DNA of 64,000 bases. Origin: Phoronis australis (lineage: Eukaryota > Animalia > Phoronida). Made by a program: the position numbers and the translations under genes. Location of the stretch: assembly GCA_002633005.1 (NCBI GenBank), contig NMRA01000044.1:74182-138181 (forward strand), written 5' to 3'. The notes beneath the pieces are model-generated. The model searched no databases and was not told where the DNA came from. It worked only from the letters and a program-made list of their open reading frames with translations. This document shows, one piece after another, positions 53,081 through 64,000 of the stretch; within the stretch, counting starts at the first letter, position 1, and every line of letters starts with the position of its first letter.

Positions 53081-56000
53081 TCACAGGTGGTGATATTTTC
53101 CCATATCTTTCATTTCTGATCCACCAACGAAACCCAACGCAACAACTGACGGCTTTGTTGGGACGTCCGCTTTTTGCTGGGGGTTGGCCGGTTGAGAACC
53201 TCGCCTAGTTGTCTTTTTCAAAGGTTCGAGATATCTGCTGTGTACATTTGTAGGTGGTTTCCATGGAGATTCGATATCTGTGGGGGGAGAATTAGACCCG
53301 GGAGAAGGCGCGTGCTTTAATTTCCCTAAGGTTCGGGGAGATTTTCCGCGAAGGTCCGGATCCGATGTTCGCAAGGGTTTACTGGTGTCGCCATTCGGCA
53401 GTCCCTTCTCTTTGGTTAAAGTCCGTATCACTTCGTCTTTCTTGGCAAGTTCTACTTTTAGCTCAGCGATCTGCAGCTGGTACCCGTCTGGACTAGAATC
53501 CCTTCCGTTTAGACTTAACGATCTATTTATGCGCGCCCTCAATGACCCAATCTCTTTCTCAAGGCTGTACATCTTTTCTTCTTTTGATACTAGAAGACTT
53601 TTGAGATGGTCCCGTAAATCAAATGTCAGTGGTTTGTTACTAAGACCGCACATTCCCATGACGTATTCTTTTTCACTGGAAAGTTGGCGACACAACTCCT
53701 CTTGTTCGTCGATTTGCAAAAGAAATTTGTCGAAATTATTCGACAGATAGAACACTTCGTCATGTCTGTCATTCATGGTATAGTCCGTCTGCATCCGCTC
53801 ACGTAATCGCGCGCACACTGACTGAATTAATTGGTTGTCAGTCGAAACGACATTTTGTAGCCTGTTGATCGTTCTACCTTCCGCATCGTTTGCCCTATAA
53901 AACGTAAGATATTAGTTGATACAGAATTCTGTTGAAAAGTTTGAATCTAAATTATGAAAAATGTAATTCCACCGCAAACCAGTTTATAAGTTTTCGCTTT
54001 GAGACGTCGCATCAAACTAGAAGACGTTTCCATATTGTTGCATTCCTTTAAAGATTATAAAAATGTAATGCTTGTACATTTTCAAACAGATTTATTGCAT
54101 TGTCTCATTTTGGTTCACCTCTGTAGTTACTTGAACTTTTACCTAAATTTCACTTACTTTATTTGATGATGCATCTCTTTCCTATGTTTTTCTTTGAGTT
54201 CGGCCTCATTGCGCATGTGTTGTTTTATCTCCATCGCTTGAGTATCCACTTGACCTTTCAACCTTTTGATCACGTGCTGGAGCTCTTCCTTTTCCTTTTC
54301 TTTGTCTCGAAGGATTTCTTCGAACGACCATTGTTGGTCCAACGTCTTTTGACGCCATTCCAACGCTTTTTCTTTTTCTTTTCCAACATCAGACTTCCAG
54401 ACATTCTTAGTAATTTGTTCTTTTATCTAAAAAATAATTTTACTTAAACTAATTTGTTGATGAAATTGAAAACGTTCTATTTTATGCTCAAAACAAAATC
54501 TTGTGTTATTATCATCAACGTTATATTAATAACACTCGTCATCATCATAATTATCATAATTATTATTATGGTTAGTCTTTTAAGTGTTACAACTAATAAA
54601 CCTAAAATATACAAGATCAGATTTAGTCAAATATCTTCCTGCGTTGTTGCTATAGGACGGTCCTGGATAGAAATGTTATCTCCTTTGTCTTGGAGGTAGG
54701 AAAACGCGTTATTACATTGGCCTCGTTTTAGAAATATCGGGATGATACTAGGAATAACATTGAAAATATGACATCTACGGTTACTTCTCACGTTTATCCA
54801 CTTTTGTGCCGTCGTAGTTGCAGCGTACAACACATCTGCAAAACTTCGCTGGCATTTGGAAGGTCGAATACAGTTAGTGCAATCGAGGAAAATTTGAAAA
54901 AAGCAAGGCACCAACAAATAACATGAGAAACTCCAATGACATGAAAACGAAGCTTGGCGGATGTTGCAGCATTGTGAGTAAAAACAGCTAGATTCAAGTG
55001 TCGTCCTGTAATCTAATACCATTTTGTAAGAAAAGTGGCGTTTTGTCGTAAATTACTCGCATACAAATTTCCACGTTGTATGAAAATTATTCTCAAATCA
55101 GTTTACCGATATCATTCGTTGTTAGAATTAAGTAACTAGTCATGCAGGATCTGCAGTAAATAATGTTATTTACTTTTCCTTGCGTCAAGTCTTCTAGAGC
55201 TCTCTTCTGTTCCTCGCCAATTGATCTCTCTAAGAATGGGACGATTCGGTACAAGTCTCGAAGCTCGATGCCGGTCACGTGGGTATTGCTGTTGTATTGG
55301 CAAGCCGCTTCTGGAAATGAATAAAATTCTCCATATTATTCAAATTTGACGCATGTGATATTCATTTAACAACGTGCCCTATTCAATATGTCAACGAAAA
55401 TTATAACTTACTTATCATCCTTGCTCGTGTTGGTAGTGGAATTGTATCGAGGGTGCTGAGTGAGATGAGATCACGCAAGTCTTCGCGAAATATCCCCATG
55501 TATTACAAACGGAATATGAGATCTCACTACTTTCCGCTCTCCAGTTATTGTCTTTACTTAACGCATATCTACTCGGGCAACGCAAGGACCAACAACTTAT
55601 AACTGTTACTTACCGTCATCTCTCAGAGAATCGGCAAGCAGCTGGTGACCAGAAGTTAACAGAATGTCACAGAACTTGTCGAAAGCTTTTAGCCCGCGCA
55701 TGGGCAAGAACTCGAGTAACGCCTTACTCTTCTCTTCTCGGGTCGAACATTTCTGGAAAACATACACCTGAAGATTTACCGACTGTGAGTGAATCTTTTC
55801 TTTTGATAGCAGTCAATAAGTACACAAGTAAAATCTACCAATAAACCGTTAGTTCATACAATTTGCCTAAGTGACCACCTGTTTAGTATTAAAATAAATT
55901 TGTCTTCTGAACTAGTTTGCTCTTTCGTCAGATAATGCGAAGAGAAAGTTATGTGAGCTGAGGGTCCCGTGTTTTATTGTTACACAACGGTAATAATTTA

Positions 56001-58078
56001 ACAAGTGTAATTACCAATTATTACAAATTTTAGGCAATAAAGCACTGTCTCGCTTAGATTATTAGTATTTAGCGGTTAAAGAGCAAGATTGGCTTTGTTC
56101 TATTGTATGTGAAGATGTACTCGTGTGTTTTTAAAAATTTGCTTAGAAACAATTGAAAATGTGTCTATAAATAATTGAAAATGTGTCTAGAAACAATTGA
56201 TCAACTTATCGGTCTATTTTCAGTGTATTTCACCTTAATATGCTCGCTATTCTTGATACGTTGTATGAGGAACGCGGTCCCCAAAACCCATGAATCTCGC
56301 AAAAAGGCAACATTACGTGAGTGAAGGCAATTGTCTTTCTAATTTATTCGAGATCTTACTAGTTAGTGTACCCTACCAAAATGAGGGCCACTGACGGGAT
56401 TGGTCAGTGAGGTAACTCAGCTTCAACGCTTCGTTTGTTATTTGTTGCGCCACCGGTCACCAGGAATCGGAAACACCGGGTACAATTCCCCGTTAAGCAC
56501 GTAATTAAACAATACGTATTTAAAACGTTGCACTAAAAAGCGTTTGAACTGGGAAATGTTTGGCCTTTCTGCTGGTCTATAGTTATGAATTACCGGCGGT
56601 GATGAATCTAACACAGCTTTCTGTCCCGGAAATTGCGATCGATGGCAATCACACTAATGGTTTCCTCTTTCGTTCTTATGAGAAATTTAAAGCTTTTACA
56701 AGTCAATAAAATCCATTATCCGCACCCATGTTACCCAAGGAAGCTTCATATTTGCTTAAGATTTAATCCGTCACGCCACAGATTTGAATTGTTTGTATAA
56801 AATCAAACTTGTAAAATATATTAACAACATTTTGATAATTTTCTGTCATGTTGCAAGTACAAAGTTTTGAAACTCGTGTGCTGATATTGTATGAAATCGT
56901 TTCCATCCTGGCATGAAGAATTACCTACGGAACTGGATTGAAGCGATATCAAAAATCAATATAAATTTATGAGTGAACGTGATTCGACCCCCTTTAGCAC
57001 TCCAGTCTCCGAGACGTTCAAACAAATATTAAGAGATTTATCAACTCGCTGGTGATGAAGCACCGCTTAGTTTCAACACAGGTGATAATTTCCCGCGTGT
57101 TTCACTTCATTGAGCAAGTGTGTTATTAACGCTATCAGTCTTTCTTCTAAACGTTAAGTCACTTTCAGGTATTAGCAAACGACGGGCGTTATCGAACCAA
57201 ACCCCATCGTGTATTTCGGATCTCTTCCAGTAGAAGGCTCTTTATATTGCGATCTAATGCAGGAGTGTTCTCATATTTTTGCGGTCAACACGTTACGTTT
57301 TTGTAGGAAGCGTTTTCTAGGTGAACACAAGATAAGTTAGCCTATGCGATACAAGGTTATCCTTAAGCGAACTTTCAAACACAATACATGTTGCTTGTCT
57401 TGTTTTCGCGTCCTAATCTGCCTTCCTACTAATTCGAAGTAAACAACCATAGTCACACATTATTTTCACCTGCTGAGCATGCCATTACCATGTTTACAGA
57501 AAAAAATAAAAATAAGTAACAATGTGCAAAACTATTTAAATCATTTGCCTTGTGAAACGAGCAAAACTCCGTTGTTGGTTGCTTTTTTGAAATGCAAATA
57601 ATGATGTCTTAACCGGAATGTTTGTATATCCATGTTAAAGATGTGTTCGCAATGATTACTGTAGGGTCTAGCTTAGCGACCCTGCTGGTTATCAAATACA
57701 CTTATCTAGGGTTAATCTGTAATCAAATATTTGTCGCTTCTGATTCACGCATTACCATAACACTGTGGGATGTTACCTTATTGTGAACCAAGCCCATTGG
57801 GTATTTTATAATACATGTTCTAATTATTTGGTACTTTGATTCTAATTTTGCATACGTGTCAAATAATTGACGCAGTCAAATTTTTGTAATTTGTACGACG
57901 TTAGATGTTGTCGAACGCCTCTTCTAAATCTATAAATAGATACCTGAATATCTTCTGTCATAGACTGAGTTAGTACATGAGATTGTTTCAACTGGCGAAG
58001 AAGGTCTGGTGTCCATATTATATTCCTTATAAGCATGACACGGTTTTCCTTTAGCACACGTTTGTGGTAAGAATCCAT
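53081..58078 (-). CDS. CARD (caspase-2/RAIDD-like) + coiled-coil protein, paralogue B; 5 coding exons, about 497 aa
   Basis: Exons on -: 58078-57944, 55752-55614, 55310-55174, 54426-54158, 53894-53081. GT-AG and phase-consistent (sum 1494 nt). CARD: MDSYHKRVLKENRVMLIRNI...EKSKALLEFLPMRGLKAFDKFCDILLTSGHQLLADSL. Coding lengths of exons 1, 2 and 4 (135, 139, 269 nt) are identical to paralogue A. Confidence 0.85.
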
Positions 58079-59648
58079 CTCTGAAAAACAAAATCAATTT
58101 CATATGCTGGGAAGTTATCAAGGAAGAAAGATGTCGGGTGTTTGATGGAGAGGGTAGCTTAATATAACAATAACAGTGCTATATAGTAGAGACTTAGGAA
58201 ACCTATTGTTATTGCGCGACACAGAAGGGATACAATAAATCTAAGAAGCAATAAACGATTAGAGTAATTTCTAAAACCGTGACAAATATGTTTCGCGAAC
58301 ACGAGGCCCTCGGGACGTTTTCGTGCCTCACCCTTAGTTACTGCAATACTAAAGACAAACAAAAATTTCTATACCTGTATAGAGCTGTGTTGACAAGCAA
58401 ATAGAGCAAAAATACTTCAACAGACGAAGTAGAGGGTATATTTTAAGAACTAAATATTGTTAAAATCATGGTAGATTAGGGTGATGCCGATATATTGAGA
58501 AATGGATCCCTTTACTGCCAAATATTGTTCAATTTTAATACAGGTTAGGTTCTCAGACAGAGTGGCTGATCACAACACTTCTACCTGGAATACCAAATTG
58601 CCATAAAATCTGCTTTATCTATGCTCTGACTATATTCCACCATTGGCAAATGCGACGTTCTTACGCACCATTTGTGATGTTAATGGGTTTTAAATAAAGT
58701 CTGAAATGAACGCATAACAAAGAGGGATTTCAATGGAATCTAGAATTGCCTGCATAAAATTTACGTTCAAATTTTATCGAACTTATCCATTAACTTCCAC
58801 ACCGATTGAGTTGGGTAATGGAGTAAGGACTGGAAATAAATCTCTCTCATTTTTAAGGTTTGCGATAGTTGTGCTCACATATGTTGCTAAAGAAACTAAG
58901 TTCAACGTGTTTACCTTGGTAAAGCACGGTCAACAATTGTAAACCATCGCAAACAATAATGAAATGTAGAAAACGCAAATTGGACATGAAGGATGTACTT
59001 TCCTAGATTTTTATGTTATTTTCAAGCAGTTGTGTTCAGCTACGTAATTATTTTATTACCACGATCGTTTTGTTGTTGAAGTATACTTTTGTTTATGATA
59101 TAGACACGAGGTCTAATCTCTGTCCTCGAAAACGAATCCAAAAAGGAAAACGAGGGTTAGACAGTAATTCACATAATGTACCCGAGCATAAAACATTAGA
59201 CACTTATCTTGAGTATGTACAAAAGTAGAACAAAATGCCATAAATAATTTCGTGTTCGGTTTCGAGCACAAAGATGAAAAAAGATTTCAGCCCCGTCACA
59301 GATATCATGAAACATTGATGACGCTGTTGTGCGATCATGGAGTCAGATTAGTACGTCTTATCAGAAGTTAGGTCAGTCCTCATAGACATACTGTACGAGA
59401 AAACATCACTAATCACGCACTGCTATTAAAATTTCAAAATAACAGCACAATTAGGTACACAATAGAAAACCAGTAACACGGTGAAGTAAAATGGTGTACT
59501 ATACTTGCACGTATTTATACCCATGCCCCTATACGACAGCGGGGGTTGCAGATTCGAATCCGCACTAGGGCTGATATCTGAAAACACTTTTCTCTCCGAT
59601 AATGACACTTTAATACACACACAAATACAAGGAATAGCCGCCTGTGCT

Positions 59649-59686
59649 CATGGGCCGCGCAGCACTGAAAAAAGTGGAGGCCCATG
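59649..59686. mobile_element. CATGGGCGGCGCA MITE family copy, 38-bp deletion derivative with 5-bp TSD
   Basis: gtgct|catgggccgcgcagcactgaaaaaagtggaggcccatg|gtgct. Confidence 0.75.
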
Positions 59687-60834
59687 GTGCTTGTAAGTGA
59701 AGTCCTGGGCAAAAGATATTAAGCCAACTAGAATGTGCACATTTCGTTTATGACGAAAAACGCTAATCTTTAAGGGACATCATCAGCGCTAAAAGAGGTT
59801 TTCTGAAATCAGCCTCAGTGCGGAATCGAAATTGAAAACTTCGTCGGTCGCATTTTAACGTTTTGCTGCGAAGTTACATCCCACGCGATACTGCCAGAGT
59901 ATTTTAAGCGTAGTGAACTTGTTGAGTCACCCGTTTTTATTTTAGTAAATGCCAGGTAGACAGTGGCGTGAATTGGCGATTTCTAATAAAATCACCAAAA
60001 ACAACAGATTTTGTTGTTTTTTAGCATTGATCAAAGTTAATAGCTTCAAGAAGTCTATCCTATCCAACAATGGTCCCAAAATGAGTTTTGGTCGTAAAAC
60101 TGTGATAATATCCTTTTCGTCGACCTACTCACCCCCGCGGAACGTTCGGCACTGATCTGACCTCAAGAACGGTATGAGAACAGTTTCATAACAACCAGAG
60201 TGCGAATTATTTGATTTTTTCATTAACTTCCAAAGTAATTAGTTCGACTTCAATAACGATTTCCCTGTCAAAAACACAAAGCAGTTTGTGCGTCAAAACT
60301 CCTTTTTATGTGCTAGTTCATATAGACTCATTTAAACTGTCAACAGAACTCGCACTAAAAAAATCGATCAGGCGTGTACGTCTCACTTTACAGTTGTTGA
60401 GACCAATGAGCTATACGCTGAGACAAACTTCGCGAACGAGTTTCCTTGACCACTTTCTCGTTGGCCAGCCGCTTAAAAAGATTTAAGTACAGGTTCATGT
60501 CTGACCATTCTAATTTCTTCAAAAACCTTTTGTGCCTCTTTTCTCTGGATATTGAAAAGGAAGGCATTAAAATATTAGATATAATCCATGCAACGAGTGC
60601 TTGGTGTGACTCTTATATACACGGACTTCATCATTTGAGTAGAATAATTCAATAAAATTTGTCAGTGTTGAAAATCGAGCACATGACAAAGACCAGTCTT
60701 TTGTGCGAGCACGCTACAGGAAATTTATTTGTCAAGAGCGTTTTGTCGTGTTCAATGGCCTGATGAGTGACTGTGAACGTTCACGAATAGACAAAATATC
60801 AGAAGATGACACCACAATAGGCTGGCATAGAATT

Positions 60835-60974
60835 TGAAGACTCATTCTCACTGGAGAAGGTTCCTAAAACGTATACGCATAGGCAACAGTAGTATCAAGT
60901 AAAGTGAAGACTCATTCTCACTGGAGAAGGTTCCTAAAACGTATACGCATTGGCAACGGTAGTATCAAGTAAAG
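60835..60974. repeat. 70-bp tandem duplication, 2 copies
   Basis: tgaagactcattctcactggagaaggttcc...tatcaagtaaag at 60835 and 60905, with 2 mismatches. Confidence 0.9.
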
Positions 60975-61697
60975 CTCTGTGGAATGTGCTACTCTATCGC
61001 AACCAAGACTAACGAAGTTGAGATACCTCGCTCTAGCATCAAAAATCAGACGTCGGTGATACAAATCAGACGATGGTGGTTAAAAATCAGACGCCAGTAG
61101 TTGAAAGTCAGACTGCAGCAATAGAACCTATAGATATCGAAAAAAAAAACTTGCCTGTTCTTTTGTGTCGACCCATCCCTTCAGTTTTATCCATAGCAGA
61201 CGCGATAAGGGAGCTTAACGAGACACATCATCTCTGTATAACCCTTCAATCAATGTAAACGCAAACTTTAACGCGATTTGTTTGGCATAGCTACGCTCGG
61301 GTTTCTATTCAGACTCTTATCGAATTCGCGATGTTAGTCAAATATAAAGGTCACAATGCGCGCATCCATTTGAACTGTTTGTTTTCGATACCCATTATCA
61401 GTGGATTTAAACAGTTGAAACTTTAATCTTAAATCTAGTAATGTGTTTTATCGACAATTTATGGAACAGGATGCTATTGGAATCTTCTGATACAGTTCTC
61501 ATATAGCTAACATATCAGAGTCTTTTGTGTCACTATTTACAAAATAAGATTGCTGGTTGTCTGGGAATCAGGAGATATAAGGCCCGAATGCAATCTCACA
61601 TTACATACTTTGAAAATCCCACCTTACATACTTTGAAAAGGGGTTGATCAATAAGATAGCTGTGCCATTTTTGTGAGAGGATTCATATATTTGGGAA

Positions 61698-61745
61698 ACA
61701 CTCGCGCATACGCACACGCACACACGCACGCAAACACACGCATAT
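61698..61745. repeat. Degenerate (CA/CG)n microsatellite
   Basis: cgcacacgcacacacgcacgcaaacacacg. Confidence 0.6.
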
Positions 61746-63088
61746 TCGCAAATGGAAACTCTTATACATCTGTTCTGATGCACAATATGTCTTTCAGCAA
61801 AGCCTGCCCAACAAAGGATGTAGGGTAGCTAAATACTAGTAGTAGCGCTTTTTATATGGTAACACACGTAGCCTCAGACATTGCCCTAAATCATTTTTAT
61901 TGCACATAGGAAGGAAATTTTTTACATGAGTGTGATAACATAACGAAGGAGCCGCAGTTATGGGGAAGCGACAGAAACCCTTGCCGTAGCTATGAGGAAA
62001 CATTTCGACTTTGTTAGGACTAAATGTCACGTTTGATATAATATGAGGAAATCAGAAATGTGTGAAAACACCGGTGACGTGGACATCAAAGTGGTAGTTT
62101 AAAGAGTTAAGATTTTTAATAAACAAAATCACTAATGTTTCCAAACAATCGTAGTAGAGTACGCGATGGACAGTGACGTCTTAGGTGAATTGGATGACAA
62201 CAAGTTGAGTGGAAGTCTGTGATGATCGTTGGGTTATGACGATGTGTTACCATGACAACAGGCACGTCACCTCATGTTGTCTCAACGCCCCTGTTAATGC
62301 ACGTGAATTTCGAAATGGTTGGAGCAACGTGTGGAATGATAAATAGATGACTAGAATCACTTCAGGGCTGAGTGTGTGTGAATTTGTTGTGTCAAATTCT
62401 GTCAAAACTAACTTTTGATTTAGACCTGGTGTCGTTCCAAAAGTTCAAAGCTGGGCTGTTCTCAACACACCTATGTTCCAATAATTGTTCAGAGAATTAG
62501 TTTAATAATAGCCTAAAGTCATTCTTAGTCTTTTTTGTAAATTGCTACAGTTGTGACAATAGCCTACACTCGATGCATAAGAAAAGTTGATTCACAGTGA
62601 ACGCAGCGAACAGAATATATCTACTGAGGAGTCAAACTCATTCATCGTAAAAAATTAAATGGGTATTTTTCATCCAAGTCAATCTTCATAAAGATATTTT
62701 TTCATTCTACTGAATTAAAATCATTAACAAATCGTTACAAAAGTAATTATATATGTAACCGGACGCCTTCTAACTAAAATTACCATCTTCGGGTAACTAG
62801 CCTTTGTCACGAGTCTGTGATACAGTATATACAGAATAATTACCCATTGAAACACTGTTCTATATGATTCATAAAGTAACAATTGAATCCCGGGGCACAG
62901 CACATAGGTGATATAACGGGATGTGCCGTTCCTAGAGTTATCTTCTTCACGAGAACTAGGAATGTTTATAAGCCGCATACAACCTANNNNNNNCCATCGA
63001 CCACACTACAGTCAACCGATCGCGAGCCACTGGGCTGCTTGCTGCACCAGGAAACAAACAGCACCACTTTAGCGCATAACAGGTGACT

Positions 63089-63295
63089 CCGGTGGCGGAT
63101 CTAGGAAACCATAAGGGNNNNNNNNNNNNNNNNNNNNNNNNNNNNNNNNNNNNNNNNNNNNNNNNNNNNNNNNNNNNNNNNNNNNNNNNNNNNNNNNNNN
63201 NNNNNNNNNNNNNNNNNNNNNNNNNNNNNNNNNNNNNNNNNNNNNNNNNNNNNNNNNNNNNNCCCCCCTAAATTCCCCTATAATCCCCCTATGGA
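63089..63295. mobile_element. CAGTGGCGGAT-family MITE spanning an assembly gap (N at 63118-63262)
   Basis: ccggtggcggatctagg...N...ccccctaaattcccctat. Confidence 0.4.
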
Positions 63296-64000
63296 CTCGA
63301 ACAACCAAAAGCCAAAAATACCACGCCATCGCACCCTAGTATCAAAACACACACAGACCAGAACCAATCATGCATTTTGGCTTTAAATTTTCTATATAAG
63401 GTTTCATTTGAGGGTCAAGAACTCTCAAAAACGTTTTTGCTACTAATTGTAAAGAACAGGTGAAGTTTTTTTTTCAATTGCAGTTTTTCGAGGTGCTGGA
63501 TTCAGCGCTGCAGAAGCAAGATATCTCTCATGAATCCGTGACGTTTCTTAGTCTTTGCCTCCACTTCCAAAAAAATAATCGCAAACGTTTACGAAATGGA
63601 CCCCTCAACGTCGTTTGTATCCTGGATTTTCTAGAATAATGGCCATCCAAACATGGCAGTTCTACATCTCCAAAATAGTGAAGTGTTCCGAGGTTTCATA
63701 GAGATGCGGGTTTTTTGTAGTCGTCTAAGTATGTTAGTTATCAATTCAAGTCGTTCGACCTCTGGGTGACGCTAACCATCTTTTTATGGTAGACGGAACA
63801 TTTCTCATAAGCTGCAAAGCGTTCCGTAAAGTGTTGAACCTTTGCATCCTATAACGCTCATGCGATTAATATTTAGAAAAACACAACCCGAAGGAATAAC
63901 ATATCAAATGTCAAAATGACTGTATTCTTATACCGTCGCCACCTAATCATGTAACGAGTCCAAAAGAAGTTCTAATAGTGGCTGCGTAGGACAAAGTAAA

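Noticed and set aside
53280-53750. 156-aa + strand ORF
   Set aside because: Antisense shadow of the last CARD-B exon.
54454-54699. Hydrophobic poly-Ile ORF
   Set aside because: Translation of an (ATT/ATC) low-complexity intronic tract.
59520-59580. tRNA-like segment (ggttgcagattcgaatccgc)
   Set aside because: Only a B-box-like T arm with no acceptor stem; at most a decayed SINE head. The 28237-28295 segment is likewise not a functional tRNA.
59949-62978. Scattered 60-90 aa ORFs at the right end as a third CARD paralogue or another gene
   Set aside because: No CARD motif or coherent exon chain could be found by eye; a 5' UTR exon of CARD-B may lie here but cannot be placed.

Overview
AT-rich, intron-rich eukaryotic (invertebrate animal-like) genomic DNA with small assembly gaps. 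Three intact multi-exon genes were reconstructed by hand from splice sites and reading-frame phase. (1) A 24-exon ABCC5/MRP5-like 'short' ABC-C transporter on + (13096-43477, about 1627 aa). It has one GC-AG intron and an unusual ~235-aa Ser/Thr/Pro-rich, mucin-like loop in TMD2 encoded by exon 14. (2, 3) Two tandem paralogues on - (44226-50075, about 528 aa; 53081-58078, about 497 aa). Each encodes a caspase-2/RAIDD-type CARD, a long coiled coil and a disordered basic/Ser-rich tail, with no protease or other effector domain. The rest is a dense set of decayed mobile DNA: three separate THAP-domain transposon remnants (one ISL2EU-like mini-element split by a hAT-like insert, two P/THAP9-like), an Academ element, a Kolobok-like TTAA element, two long foldback elements, a tiny multimerising MITE family with 5-bp TSDs, and L2/CR1, Gypsy and Helentron-like fragments. 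No rRNA, intact tRNA or CRISPR array was seen. All family assignments are by eye from remembered motifs; no database search was run.
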